Assembly (NCBI GenBank): GCA_029258925.1 | Contig: JAPDJV010000004.1 | Location: 4,645-68,644 of the forward strand | Length of the DNA: 64,000 nt | Reading direction: 5' to 3' | Source of the DNA: Thermoproteota archaeon | GTDB taxonomy: Archaea > Thermoproteota > Thermoprotei_A > EX4484-217-1 > JAPDJV01 | Part shown: positions 30,973-40,732 of the stretch, one piece after another | Position numbering within the stretch: position 1 is the first letter of the stretch | Layout: every line of letters begins with the position of its first letter | The notes under the pieces: generated by a model | Database searches by the model: none | What the model was told of the DNA's origin: nothing | What the model saw: only the letters and a program-made list of their open reading frames with translations | Position numbers and translations under genes: made by a program

Positions 30973-32505
30973 GTGAGTTTTATGGTAAGTCCCGAAGTTT
31001 TAAAGAAAATGGTTAATGATCTTCTAGCTGTTCAAAAAGCTGACATAGCTGTTATAAAAGAGAAGAGAGGCGGGGTATTCAAGGTTGCAGACGCTAAGCC
31101 GTACGTGGACGCAGTTAAGAAGATGGAAGCATTGGAGGGCATGAAGAAGGAGGTCATCGACTTACATGTTAAAAGCGTTGAGCTACACTTCGAAATATTA
31201 AACGACATATGTGTTGACAACACTATTAGGCCCGAGGACGACCCATTTGTAGAGCACTACCAGACACCTGCAATCCTGGAAATACTATACGACCTAGACC
31301 CGGCGCTCAGGGAGAGCGTTGAGAAATTCGTCAACTCCTTCGACGTGAAGGACATTAAGGCAATAATAGGGAAGGAGGCTATTAGGAGGTATACTGGTTT
31401 CTACGGTCCAACATGTGTGGTAGACTTCGCTGTTTCAGCTGGGAGCACTTCAGGACTATTCGGCTTCATACTGGACAGACTAGACATACCGAAGAAGTAT
31501 AAGGAGACTATCCTAGCAGCCAAGAGCTGGGGTATGAACACAAGCTATGGTTTCGGTACAGCATTCACCGAGGCTATGGAGGCAGGCAAGACTGTTGAGG
31601 AGGCACTTGCAACCGAAATAGAGTGGTTGAAGAAGATATGGTTGACACCAGTTGACGCTCAAGTAGAGTTGATGAAGAAGCTCGGACACAAGAGCTTCGA
31701 TCCAGCAGTCTACGAGAAGAGGTATAAGGAGGGCATTAAGCCCTATGTTAAGGCGGCATTAGACGCTGGAGTGAGTGAAGCAAACATTGTGGTTGTTCCA
31801 GCATACTGTGTTGGAGACGTTGGGCACCACATTGCCCAGAGCATGTACAACATGGCTAAAGACGACGTAGTAATGGCAATACTTGAAGCAGTAACATGTA
31901 CCCTCGAGAAGAACATAACTAAAGCATTAGAGGAGGGCAAATTAAAGAACGAATACGCTGTTCTAAGCTTCGCAGGAGGAACAACTGCTGCAGCAACAAC
32001 ATTCATACTAGGCTTAGACGGATTCACAGTGCCAATGGTAGTCGACTTGTTAACTAAGAGATTCTTCAACTACGTGCAGAAGTATCCTGGAAGAGGACAG
32101 GCAGCAGAACTACACAACGTCGACTTCATGGACATGCTTGTTAGAGGAGAGAAAATAATCGCACCGCCACCAATAGGCAAGGGCGGTATACTCAAGGGTG
32201 TCAAACTAGACTTCTCACCAATACTAGAAAACGAGGTAATCATGAACCCGCAGAGGTATACCTATCCTGGATGCGCTATCACAGTGAGGTTCTCAGCTCT
32301 GATGAGGCTAGCTGACTTCCCATGCCTACTGACAAGCGAGCCCGTAACTGCCACTGTGAACACCTATATCGTAGCACTGCACCCAGATGTACCAGTATCA
32401 CCACCACTCATATGCAAGGACTGTGCTGTAGCCAGATTGATGAGTGGAAGAAGATTCCACTGCTACTATAGGGTGGGAGTGGCAAAAGAGAAACCACTCT
32501 ACTAA
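30973..32505 (+). CDS. DUF2193 family protein with C-terminal Cys cluster
   Basis: DAKPYVD, PEDDPFVEHYQTP, GFYGPTCVVDFA, KSWGMNTSYG, YCVGDVGHH, CKDC..C. Confidence 0.85.
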   Translation: MSFMVSPEVLKKMVNDLLAVQKADIAVIKEKRGGVFKVADAKPYVDAVKKMEALEGMKKEVIDLHVKSVELHFEILNDICVDNTIRPEDDPFVEHYQTPAILEILYDLDPALRESVEKFVNSFDVKDIKAIIGKEAIRRYTGFYGPTCVVDFAVSAGSTSGLFGFILDRLDIPKKYKETILAAKSWGMNTSYGFGTAFTEAMEAGKTVEEALATEIEWLKKIWLTPVDAQVELMKKLGHKSFDPAVYEKRYKEGIKPYVKAALDAGVSEANIVVVPAYCVGDVGHHIAQSMYNMAKDDVVMAILEAVTCTLEKNITKALEEGKLKNEYAVLSFAGGTTAAATTFILGLDGFTVPMVVDLLTKRFFNYVQKYPGRGQAAELHNVDFMDMLVRGEKIIAPPPIGKGGILKGVKLDFSPILENEVIMNPQRYTYPGCAITVRFSALMRLADFPCLLTSEPVTATVNTYIVALHPDVPVSPPLICKDCAVARLMSGRRFHCYYRVGVAKEKPLY

Positions 32506-33383
32506 ATCAATTTTTTACGTTTTTTACTTCGTATTCTAGCTAGTCTAACCAATATAACTGGGTAGTGTGGTATTTTCTCTAGGTGGCTCCAAGTAACCTC
32601 TTCCACACCGACGTTAAATCTCTCGGCAACCTCAAACACTGTCCTACCCGCACCGAAACCCCTAACTCTATCAGATATCTCCGATATTTTCAGTAAGGTT
32701 TCCAAGTCAACAAGCCTCCCGTAGTAGCCTGTGGGGGTTGCCATTGGTTTAAAGAATTTCCTGAAGAATCTGGCCGTGAGATACGATATGAAGCCCATGT
32801 TCACCAAACCCTTGACGTCAGTTGGCCTAGAGGCTAAAGCTATTCTCAGCCCTTTAACAAGATAACATCTATCGCTGTCAACTATCAAGACATTAACTTT
32901 CTTCCCGGTAGCATTGAATATTTTAAGCGAGATCATTTTTGCAAGTTTCCCCGGGCTCTTTACTGGAATAGAAACAATAGTCCCCGGAAGATTGCTTGTA
33001 TCAATACCCCCTTCGCTCATGGGTTTCAACACTTGTAGGAATCCTCCTACTCTGAGTGCTAGCTGCTTGTGTCTAGCAAGAGTGTTTAAGTCGAGGGTTT
33101 TAATCCATGAAACGTTTGCTTCTTTCAACGTGAACGAGAGAATTTTACCCCATAAAACCCTCATTACTAGATAGGTTGCTAGCTTCGTTAGTATTGATGG
33201 TTTAATAATGGATTCATCGTATACTAGGCCTTTCGCCACGGAAACAGCTTTATCGCTCAACACTATGAAGTCTCCGCTCAACAATATTTCATCGTATGCC
33301 TTCAATATCTCCGAAACAATATCTGTTCCAGGCTTCCAGACTCTAAAAGGCTTCTTGAATACTTTTAATACCAGCTTTGCCAA
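32502..33383 (-). CDS. CofE-like (F420-0:gamma-glutamyl ligase superfamily) protein
   Basis: GDFIVLSDKAVS, EGGIDTSNLPG, VLIVDSD. Confidence 0.75.
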   Translation of the reverse strand: MAKLVLKVFKKPFRVWKPGTDIVSEILKAYDEILLSGDFIVLSDKAVSVAKGLVYDESIIKPSILTKLATYLVMRVLWGKILSFTLKEANVSWIKTLDLNTLARHKQLALRVGGFLQVLKPMSEGGIDTSNLPGTIVSIPVKSPGKLAKMISLKIFNATGKKVNVLIVDSDRCYLVKGLRIALASRPTDVKGLVNMGFISYLTARFFRKFFKPMATPTGYYGRLVDLETLLKISEISDRVRGFGAGRTVFEVAERFNVGVEEVTWSHLEKIPHYPVILVRLARIRSKKRKKLI

Positions 33384-33647
33384 AAACTCTCCATCTCCAT
33401 AAACAAACAGTTCAACGCATTTCCTCGGAGATTCAGCGCTACTTTATATAAGGGTTTATATTTTAATTTTAAAGCTGAGGTAGTGAAATGGCTTGCCATA
33501 AGCTTAAGGGTATTCTCAGACTAGCAAACGTGTTCAGCGTTAACTTGAGTAGAATATCTATTGTACCCGGAACAGTTTACGCTATGGTTGACGGGAGAAG
33601 AGCTCTGTGGAATCGGATTAATATCATATTTAGCCGCTAGGAGGTGA

Positions 33648-34661
33648 ATGAACATTATAGGTGTCTCCGAGAGGTATGGAATTATTGAGGGAGTATACTT
33701 CAAGGTCTTCGATAACTCGATATTTTACTCCAAGGGAATAGTTCATCCGCCATGGGGCGTAGTGGGATATCCCAAGTATGTTCCAGATGAAAGAGGCAGT
33801 AGAGTCTCTCCTAGTGGGGTAAGATATGTTAAGTATGAAGGTTTACATGAGCAATCCAAAGTGTTGAAGGAACGCTATAATTGGACTTTAAGGTTTGATA
33901 AATGTTTTGGAACAGTTGTACCAATAATACCGTTATCCAGCATCAGGGAAGTTTATGATCCAATAATAAAGCTCTCTTCGATGAGAATCGAAGACCCAAG
34001 TAGTCCCGTAGTGGAGTTGGCGGAGGTCTTAGGGGAGGCAGCTGGCTGGAATAATGTTGGAATATCTGGTTCACGTCTTGTCGGATTAGATGTCGAGGGC
34101 TCCGACATAGATCTAGTAGTGTACGGGGTTGAGGAGGGCTCTAAGGCGTATGCGAAGCTTAAGGAGGCTTTCATGGAGATCGAGGATTTCAGGGGTTATA
34201 GGGAAGGAGAATTACTGAAACTTTACATGGCGAGAGCCAGGGAAACACCGTTATCTCTCCAAGAATTTTCTAGACAGCAGTCTAGGAGAGTTCTTGAGGG
34301 CTTCTTCAAGGATGTAGAGTACTTTATTAGGATAATTGACCCCGGGGCCGAACCCCCCTACTCTAGTTATAGGAGTATTAGCTTGGGCACTGTTGTTGTT
34401 AGGGGCGTTGTAGTAGATTCTTCCAAGAACTATTTCACTCCGGTTACTTATAGCGTGGAAGTCGAGGAAGTGCTATGTGGAACTAGTAATGCAGTGGACG
34501 CTACAAGCCTCTACAGTCTTAGAGGAAGGTTCTGCGAGATTTTACTAGATGGCGAAAGATTTGAGGCTGGAGGTAAGCTTGAGAAACTGATATACGAGGA
34601 TGGGAGTGAGGTTTTCAGAATATATCTTGGTTACAAAGGGGACTATGTTAGGATCCTTTAA
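33648..34661 (+). CDS. Predicted nucleotidyltransferase (COG1665-like), paralog 1
   Basis: KGIVHPP..YPKYVP, GISGSRL..SDIDLVVYG, G.FCE..GKLE. Confidence 0.75.
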   Translation: MNIIGVSERYGIIEGVYFKVFDNSIFYSKGIVHPPWGVVGYPKYVPDERGSRVSPSGVRYVKYEGLHEQSKVLKERYNWTLRFDKCFGTVVPIIPLSSIREVYDPIIKLSSMRIEDPSSPVVELAEVLGEAAGWNNVGISGSRLVGLDVEGSDIDLVVYGVEEGSKAYAKLKEAFMEIEDFRGYREGELLKLYMARARETPLSLQEFSRQQSRRVLEGFFKDVEYFIRIIDPGAEPPYSSYRSISLGTVVVRGVVVDSSKNYFTPVTYSVEVEEVLCGTSNAVDATSLYSLRGRFCEILLDGERFEAGGKLEKLIYEDGSEVFRIYLGYKGDYVRIL

Positions 34662-35733
34662 TCCACCTTAAGGGCTTAATGTAGTCTCTTCCACCTGCCT
34701 CGAAAGATCCAACAACTATCCTATGGTACTCTTCTCCCCTCCTGATGTCTCTCACATGCTCAAGTTTGCCGTAAACCAGTATTTTCTCTCCTGGAGACGC
34801 TAGGTCGCAGTATAGTCCCTCGTAGCTTGTGACTTCGACAATATTCCTGCTACTGGGCCCCTCAACAACTTTCACATAGTCTACGAGGTATGTTGCTGGG
34901 AGGAATATGGAGTCGGAGCTATCTACAACCCTTGCAACAGCTTTAACCATCCCTATCCCCCTGAAAACTCTATCTCCATAGTTCTCCGTAACCTCATCCT
35001 CCCTCTTAACAGGGTGAACGGAGAACTGTCTTCCCCTAAATAAGGCCCTATTCCACTTATCCCTACCATATAACATTCTTGCCTCGCTCAATGTGAGGGG
35101 ATGTATTTTAACAATATTCTCAGCCCACTTCTCCAGAATACTGCCACTCGCCATTTCGAATCCTGATTTAGGGTCTGAATACAGTTCTAGTAGAGCATCC
35201 TTTACCTTCAAGCTCTCCCGTCTACCGTAAACTATTAGATCTATGTCGGAGAACTCCACGTTATGTATTTTAAGTAGTATGGAGCCCGAGATCCCCATTG
35301 AAGTAGGGGGCACACCCGACTTCTCAGAGAGTATTGAAACTATTTCGATAACCTCTTCTTCTAAGAGGTCTGCGGGTGACCTCAATATTTCAGCGAGTCT
35401 CTCCTCAGGTCTGTAATGTTTCTTAATCTTATTTTTTGGAACCTCGATTAACTTGAACCCCAGTACTCTATCATACGTAATGTAATCTGGGTACATTTTT
35501 TCCAAGAACTCCATCACCCTTCCAACGCCTTCGGCACTGTAGTATGGAAGTATTCTCCCATACAACGTGCCTCTCTTAGACCACTTAACTCTATGTCCGG
35601 CATCGTATCCTGGAACATACTTCAAGTAAGCTATTACCCTATCCGGTGGATGGATGTTTCCTATGACACAGAACATGAGGCCCTCAAGGGTTTCAAGGAA
35701 GTCTCTGTCAGCGAACTCTCTCAAATCAATCAC
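34648..35733 (-). CDS. Predicted nucleotidyltransferase (COG1665-like), paralog 2
   Basis: GNIHPP..AYLKYVP, GISGSIL..SDIDLIVYG, GLYCD..GKLE. Confidence 0.8.
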   Translation of the reverse strand: MIDLREFADRDFLETLEGLMFCVIGNIHPPDRVIAYLKYVPGYDAGHRVKWSKRGTLYGRILPYYSAEGVGRVMEFLEKMYPDYITYDRVLGFKLIEVPKNKIKKHYRPEERLAEILRSPADLLEEEVIEIVSILSEKSGVPPTSMGISGSILLKIHNVEFSDIDLIVYGRRESLKVKDALLELYSDPKSGFEMASGSILEKWAENIVKIHPLTLSEARMLYGRDKWNRALFRGRQFSVHPVKREDEVTENYGDRVFRGIGMVKAVARVVDSSDSIFLPATYLVDYVKVVEGPSSRNIVEVTSYEGLYCDLASPGEKILVYGKLEHVRDIRRGEEYHRIVVGSFEAGGRDYIKPLRWIKGS

Positions 35734-37180
35734 CTAAAATTCTATCTAAATCACTTAACCCGACTTCGAGCACGCATGTCTTGGCTACTGCTACAGACAA
35801 GTTTTCCTCTTTGGGAACACTAGCTCTTCCACCTATTTCCAGAGTTGAGAGAGATGCTGCTGCAACGGCTCTCCTAGTTGCTTCAACAACTGTCTTACCA
35901 TCTAGAACGCCGTGTATTAAGTGTGCTGCGAAGCAGTCTCCTGCCCCGGTTGGGTCGAGAGGCTTGACTGGCGGTGGCTTAATATGGTGTGCGATATCTT
36001 TTTCGACAACCAGCGCTCCCTCCTCGCCCAGCGTTATTATAATTCTCCTAGCACCCATGTCGAGCAGCTGTGTAGGACTGTCGAAACCCTTGTCTTTGAC
36101 TATCAGCCACTTATCTTTGTTCAATATTATGGTTGGAGAATATTTTATGAGATTCATTGTCTGAGCAAACCTCATTCTAAGAGCCTCTATTAGAGGCCTA
36201 TAGTAGACTTCAACTTCTCCACTAGCAATTCTCATAGCTCTCTCAGCTACCTCGTTGAAGACTTCTCCAACATACATGGCCTTAGTCGAAGAAACGAGTT
36301 TTCTGAGAGTATCCTCCGATATCTCTCCTGGGAGAGGAGATAGTGTGGAATTCTCTGAGATAAGGCATGTAATAGTGTTTCTTCCCCCCTCCAACCCTAT
36401 TACAACCTTAACAGTTGCCCCCCACTTATCTAGAATAACATTGTTCACGTATACGCCTTCCCTAATAAAACTCTCAATACATTTGAGTCCACTGTAATCA
36501 CAGGCCATTTTCCCTATAAAACAAGTTTTCCTACCGAGTCTAGCCAGGTTGACTGCCACATTCGCTCCACTGCCTCCAGGTGCCTCAAGTAATAGTTTTA
36601 CATGAATTGACCCACTTCTCTCCACGAAGTAGTCTACTGCCACCGAGCCCAACACTATTACGTCGAATTCTCCGTTCAACTTCCCCGACTCGGCTATGTA
36701 AGATTCCATTGCAGACATTATTATCTGTCTTATAACCTCCTCTCCAGTAATAGAGAATGTTTCCCTATCAGATATTATCCTCCTAGTTACCTGATCGTAT
36801 AAGCTCAAAATGGCTCTCTTGAGCTCCATAGCGCTTAGCTCCGAGGGGGACTTGAATAACATATTGAACCAGACGCCTAAATCAGTTAAAGTATAGTATT
36901 TAACGTAAACAGTCTTGGTCCCCGACCTTATTTTCTCGATACCTTCACTAAGTATTTCGGATTCAACAAGCCTCTTCAAATAATTTATGATAGTCCTATT
37001 GGAGTGCCTCCGCAGACTGTTAATTATGTCTTTTTGGTAAAGCTTTTTTCCTGGCTCGAACAATCTCAAAACTTCCACTATTATGGGGGAGGAGAATATT
37101 GTTAGCAATATTTTCCTTCTATCGTAAGGGTCACGTGGCAACGGTAGGACTATTGGCCAATACTTTTCCACTTTAAACAC
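35726..37180 (-). CDS. Winged-helix (ArsR-like) domain fused to PfkB-family kinase
   Basis: N-terminal HSNRTIINYLKRLVESEIL..YYTLTDLG; PGGSGANVA and DPTGAGDCF PfkB signatures. Confidence 0.85.
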   Translation of the reverse strand: MFKVEKYWPIVLPLPRDPYDRRKILLTIFSSPIIVEVLRLFEPGKKLYQKDIINSLRRHSNRTIINYLKRLVESEILSEGIEKIRSGTKTVYVKYYTLTDLGVWFNMLFKSPSELSAMELKRAILSLYDQVTRRIISDRETFSITGEEVIRQIIMSAMESYIAESGKLNGEFDVIVLGSVAVDYFVERSGSIHVKLLLEAPGGSGANVAVNLARLGRKTCFIGKMACDYSGLKCIESFIREGVYVNNVILDKWGATVKVVIGLEGGRNTITCLISENSTLSPLPGEISEDTLRKLVSSTKAMYVGEVFNEVAERAMRIASGEVEVYYRPLIEALRMRFAQTMNLIKYSPTIILNKDKWLIVKDKGFDSPTQLLDMGARRIIITLGEEGALVVEKDIAHHIKPPPVKPLDPTGAGDCFAAHLIHGVLDGKTVVEATRRAVAAASLSTLEIGGRASVPKEENLSVAVAKTCVLEVGLSDLDRILGD

Positions 37181-37203
37181 CTTGACTTAGAGCTTGTATA
37201 GAA

Positions 37204-37881
37204 TTAAGTAGTCTCATTATTATTGATTTTTCCCAGAATCCTCATTAAAACAAGCCTAGTTCTGGGATTACAGCCTATTCTGAGAGCTTCCTCCAAGTCC
37301 TCGGGGTAATCCAAGTCTACTCTAACAGTATTCTTAGAGTAAACTCTTACAGCTATGCCTCTCTCAATAGCTTTAGCAAGATTTACCCAGAAACTTCCAA
37401 CACCGAAAACAGGCTTAATCACGTTTGGCGGCTTCAAAAGTATTATGTTTGTTCCCCAATCTCTTGCTGGCGATAGAACAATGGCTTTAACATATTTTTC
37501 CGCTAGCGAAACTATTTCCTGGAAGTCTTTCGAGGATGCACAAGGTATGTCTGCTACAGTTATAATAATGCTTTCAGCACTAGGATATGTTTTCTCAATA
37601 TAATCTATTGCCTTCCTAATAGCCTCAACTCTCCCGACGCCCTCGTCGAGCAACACATCACACTTACTCCACTTAGAATAGTACTCTCCGATCCTTGTGG
37701 AAGGAGTCACAATTATTACTCTATCGACGATTTTCGAAAGTTCTTCAACGACGTCCTCGAACATTGCTCTAACTAACTCGGCCCTCTCCCTTAATCCGAC
37801 CCTCCTAGCCAGCCTCTTCTTAGATTTCTCGAAGTCCTTGACAGTAACTATACCTATTAATCCAGTATTCAAAGGTCTCAC
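37204..37881 (-). CDS. cofC: 2-phospho-L-lactate/PEP guanylyltransferase (F420 biosynthesis)
   Basis: VKDFEKSKKRL, AMFEDV, ADIP, GTN, FG.GSF, DLDYPEDL. Confidence 0.88.
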   Translation of the reverse strand: MRPLNTGLIGIVTVKDFEKSKKRLARRVGLRERAELVRAMFEDVVEELSKIVDRVIIVTPSTRIGEYYSKWSKCDVLLDEGVGRVEAIRKAIDYIEKTYPSAESIIITVADIPCASSKDFQEIVSLAEKYVKAIVLSPARDWGTNIILLKPPNVIKPVFGVGSFWVNLAKAIERGIAVRVYSKNTVRVDLDYPEDLEEALRIGCNPRTRLVLMRILGKINNNETT

Positions 37882-37985
37882 TCCTATGAGGAAATCAGTT
37901 AGTTGGCGCTTAAGTATTATTGGGTCATTTTGACTCTTATAGTATATTAAAAGTTAGCTTATTGTTACAGGTGCGCGATTTGTAT

Positions 37986-39233
37986 ATGATCCAGGGCTGG
38001 GAGAAGAAGGTTATTAGAGGGGATATTCAGAAGTTTAATGTGCCGTCGGGATGGCCGTTTGAACCAGGAGACTACAAGGTTGGAAACCCTTATCATCCAG
38101 CTGCTGTCGTGGTACCGTTGGGTTCGCCCAGACTGGAGTCTAAGGCTCTTGAATACGGTTGTGCCATAGTTGGAAGATGTAGGACAGCTAACATAGGTAT
38201 AGAGAAGCTTGTGTGCAATGTTGTGTCAAACCCTAATATAAGGTGGCTCGTGGTAGTAGGCCCGGAATCCGAGGGGCACCTCAGCGGGCAGGCAATAATC
38301 TCTCTTATTGAGAGAGGTGTTCACCCGGATACGAAGAAGATAATTGGAGCGAAGGGTCCTTCCGCTAGAATACCTAACATACCGATTGAAATTGTCGAGA
38401 GGTTTAGGAGGCAGGTTAGAGTAGTGGACATGCTGGGTGTTCTAGACGAAGATCTCTTGAAGGCTGTTTTAAGGGGGGTTGTTCAGGAGCCCTGGAATAA
38501 GGTTGAAGTAAAGGTTAAGGGTAAAAAGTATGTCCTGTACGATCCGGGAGCATACTTAGATGAGCCTCCAATAATAGTCTCACTGGAGAAACTTTTCTCA
38601 GTTAAGGGTGTGAGAGTAGAGTCGACGTCATATACTCAGACAACTATAATTGCCAGAAGCATAGGGGAAGCATACCCGTACATAGTTTGGCTATTGGATC
38701 ACGGCTCATTTGTTGAATACGTTGACGAAAGGGGCTCCAGGGTAAGAGAACTTCTCAACATACTAATACATGTGAGGAAGCCTCTGGCCGAACCAATGGT
38801 TCCCAGAGAATACAATATCTTGTCAAGAAGCGAGCTGGAAGAATACGCTAAAACGTATCTGAATCCAAGTAGGAGGGGCTTCGAGTACACTTATGGTGAG
38901 AGAATAGTGGCGTATCCTACTAGAGTAAACCAGCTAGAATACGTTGTCAAAAAGCTCTCAAACAACTACAATACTAGGAGAGCAGTTATTGTGACCTGGT
39001 ATCCTCCTAAAGACACCGTGGTAGATGAAGTACCGTGTTTAACCACAATAATGTTCAATTGCAGGAATGGAGTACTACACGAAACAGCTGTTTTAAGGAG
39101 CAACGACATGATCAGAGCTTGGCCTGCAAACGCGTACGCCCTAGCGAAGCTCCTGAAATACGTGTCCCTAAAAATAGGTGTTGAACCGGGAACCCTCACC
39201 ACTCTAAGTATAAGTGGCCACAAGTATCTCTAA
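37986..39233 (+). CDS. Fusion protein: MtrA-like corrinoid-binding domain plus archaeal thymidylate synthase
   Basis: N-half GWPFEPGDYKVGNP, CRTANIGIEK..NVVSNPNIR, EGHLSGQ, ERFRRQV, YDPGA. C-half FEYTYGER, TRRAV..W, VPCL, RSND..AWPAN, SGHKY. Probable start at 37986 after AGGTG; the track ORF begins at 37920. Confidence 0.9.
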   Translation: MIQGWEKKVIRGDIQKFNVPSGWPFEPGDYKVGNPYHPAAVVVPLGSPRLESKALEYGCAIVGRCRTANIGIEKLVCNVVSNPNIRWLVVVGPESEGHLSGQAIISLIERGVHPDTKKIIGAKGPSARIPNIPIEIVERFRRQVRVVDMLGVLDEDLLKAVLRGVVQEPWNKVEVKVKGKKYVLYDPGAYLDEPPIIVSLEKLFSVKGVRVESTSYTQTTIIARSIGEAYPYIVWLLDHGSFVEYVDERGSRVRELLNILIHVRKPLAEPMVPREYNILSRSELEEYAKTYLNPSRRGFEYTYGERIVAYPTRVNQLEYVVKKLSNNYNTRRAVIVTWYPPKDTVVDEVPCLTTIMFNCRNGVLHETAVLRSNDMIRAWPANAYALAKLLKYVSLKIGVEPGTLTTLSISGHKYL

Positions 39234-39528
39234 TGCAGACCTGTGATTCGATGGGAACCACAGCTTATTTTAATAAATTCAAGTACGCTGAAACACCATG
39301 ATCTAGGAGCACGAATGTGCCCATTGCGAAACATTTTCATCAAGTAATACTCTAACTAAGGAGAACTTGTTGAGAGAGCAATCAACCCATATCTGCCATA
39401 ACCGGGACTTCTTGTTGAAACTTCTAGAAGTCCAGATCCCTTAGCTTTAACATGTTTCAACTATGTGCAGCTTTTGCAGAAACACAGCTAGATTAAGAAC
39501 AATGACTTGAAGACTTCAATTATCTCCG

Positions 39529-40038
39529 TTATAATACTTTTGCCTTTCTAAGAGCCTCTGCAATTATCGATGCTAGGATGGCGTTCGACACTATGCTTAG
39601 TGTGACAGCTGGAAAAGATATGGCAATCCAGAACTCGACGAAGCCTGTTAACCCTTTACCAGTGTATACGGCTAGAACCAGAGCTATCGGAGTTGAAGTC
39701 GTGAAGTATCTGAGGCATTGTCCAACTATTATTGCTATTCCAGGCCTCATCTTCTTCAACAGCAAACATGTGATAACCCCCATGATCCCATCACCCAGTC
39801 CAGCGGGCATCTCTATTATTGCTTGCCCTGTCCAAATACTTGCTCCAACACCTTTAATGACTCCCACCAAGAATACTAGGGGTGGAGGTAGCAGTATAGA
39901 TGACACACTTATGGCTGTGCTCCCCAGATTAGGGTTTCCCAGAACCATTGGAACTCTTATGAAAGTCAGAGTTATTGCTAGAGCAGAGAAAAGTCCCGCT
40001 GCCGAAAGCATTCTAGTTAAATTCTTCAATTCTAACAC
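39529..40038 (-). CDS. Probable ECF transporter S component
   Basis: About 170 aa, 5-6 hydrophobic segments, AAGLFSALAITLT..NLG pattern. Confidence 0.6.
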   Translation of the reverse strand: MLELKNLTRMLSAAGLFSALAITLTFIRVPMVLGNPNLGSTAISVSSILLPPPLVFLVGVIKGVGASIWTGQAIIEMPAGLGDGIMGVITCLLLKKMRPGIAIIVGQCLRYFTTSTPIALVLAVYTGKGLTGFVEFWIAISFPAVTLSIVSNAILASIIAEALRKAKVL

Positions 40039-40128
40039 CTTAAATCATAATTGGGGAAGTTAAGATTTTAAATTTTTGAAATAAAAGCTTAAAGCATCGT
40101 ATTTGAACCAAGAATTTAGGGAAGTAGA

Positions 40129-40638
40129 GTGAAAATGAGTGAACTCAGGGAGATCCAGAGAAAGCTTGTTGACTTGGGTGTACCATTGGAGAAAGCGATT
40201 AGAGCTGTAATGTTGTCTCAACACGTTAAAATAATTGCTTTAAGAACGGTCAACGACAAGGTTAGGGGGGCAACAATTCTGGTTCCTAGTCAGAGGATAG
40301 TTTTCAGAGGAGAAAGAGCTTCTAAAATAGCAGCACGCATGGCTCTGAACTCCTATTTGAAACCGGTATCAATAGCTCCAGTAATAGTTGTTGGGTCAAG
40401 AGGTTTACCAGTATGGGAGGCAATACACAAGGTTGAGATAGGTTTCTACGGGGGGTACTGTACTTGCCCAGACGCTGTTTTTAGGCAGAACAGAGCGTGT
40501 ATCCACATTCTAGCCGCGGCAGTTAAGCTCGAAGTTGAAGGGATTCTTAGAATAGAAGACATGATGTGGCTTATAGAAGAAATAAAGAAAACATATGGGG
40601 AATATGTGGAGAGTGGGGAGAGCGAGGCCGGAGGATAG
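40129..40638 (+). CDS. SWIM zinc-finger protein
   Basis: CTCPD..CIHILA (CxC..CxH). Confidence 0.7.
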   Translation: MKMSELREIQRKLVDLGVPLEKAIRAVMLSQHVKIIALRTVNDKVRGATILVPSQRIVFRGERASKIAARMALNSYLKPVSIAPVIVVGSRGLPVWEAIHKVEIGFYGGYCTCPDAVFRQNRACIHILAAAVKLEVEGILRIEDMMWLIEEIKKTYGEYVESGESEAGG

Positions 40639-40732
40639 TTTCTTACAGATTCAGGTAATCTTTCGAAAATTCCTTTTAACAATACACTAGCATTCTACAC
40701 TTACCAGTTTAGTCTAGTACTCTTAGTTGTTG

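Noticed and set aside
22582-39233. Calling the organism a methanogen
   Set aside because: No mcr, mer or membrane mtr subunits in the window; the MtrA domain lacks its anchor and is fused to ThyA
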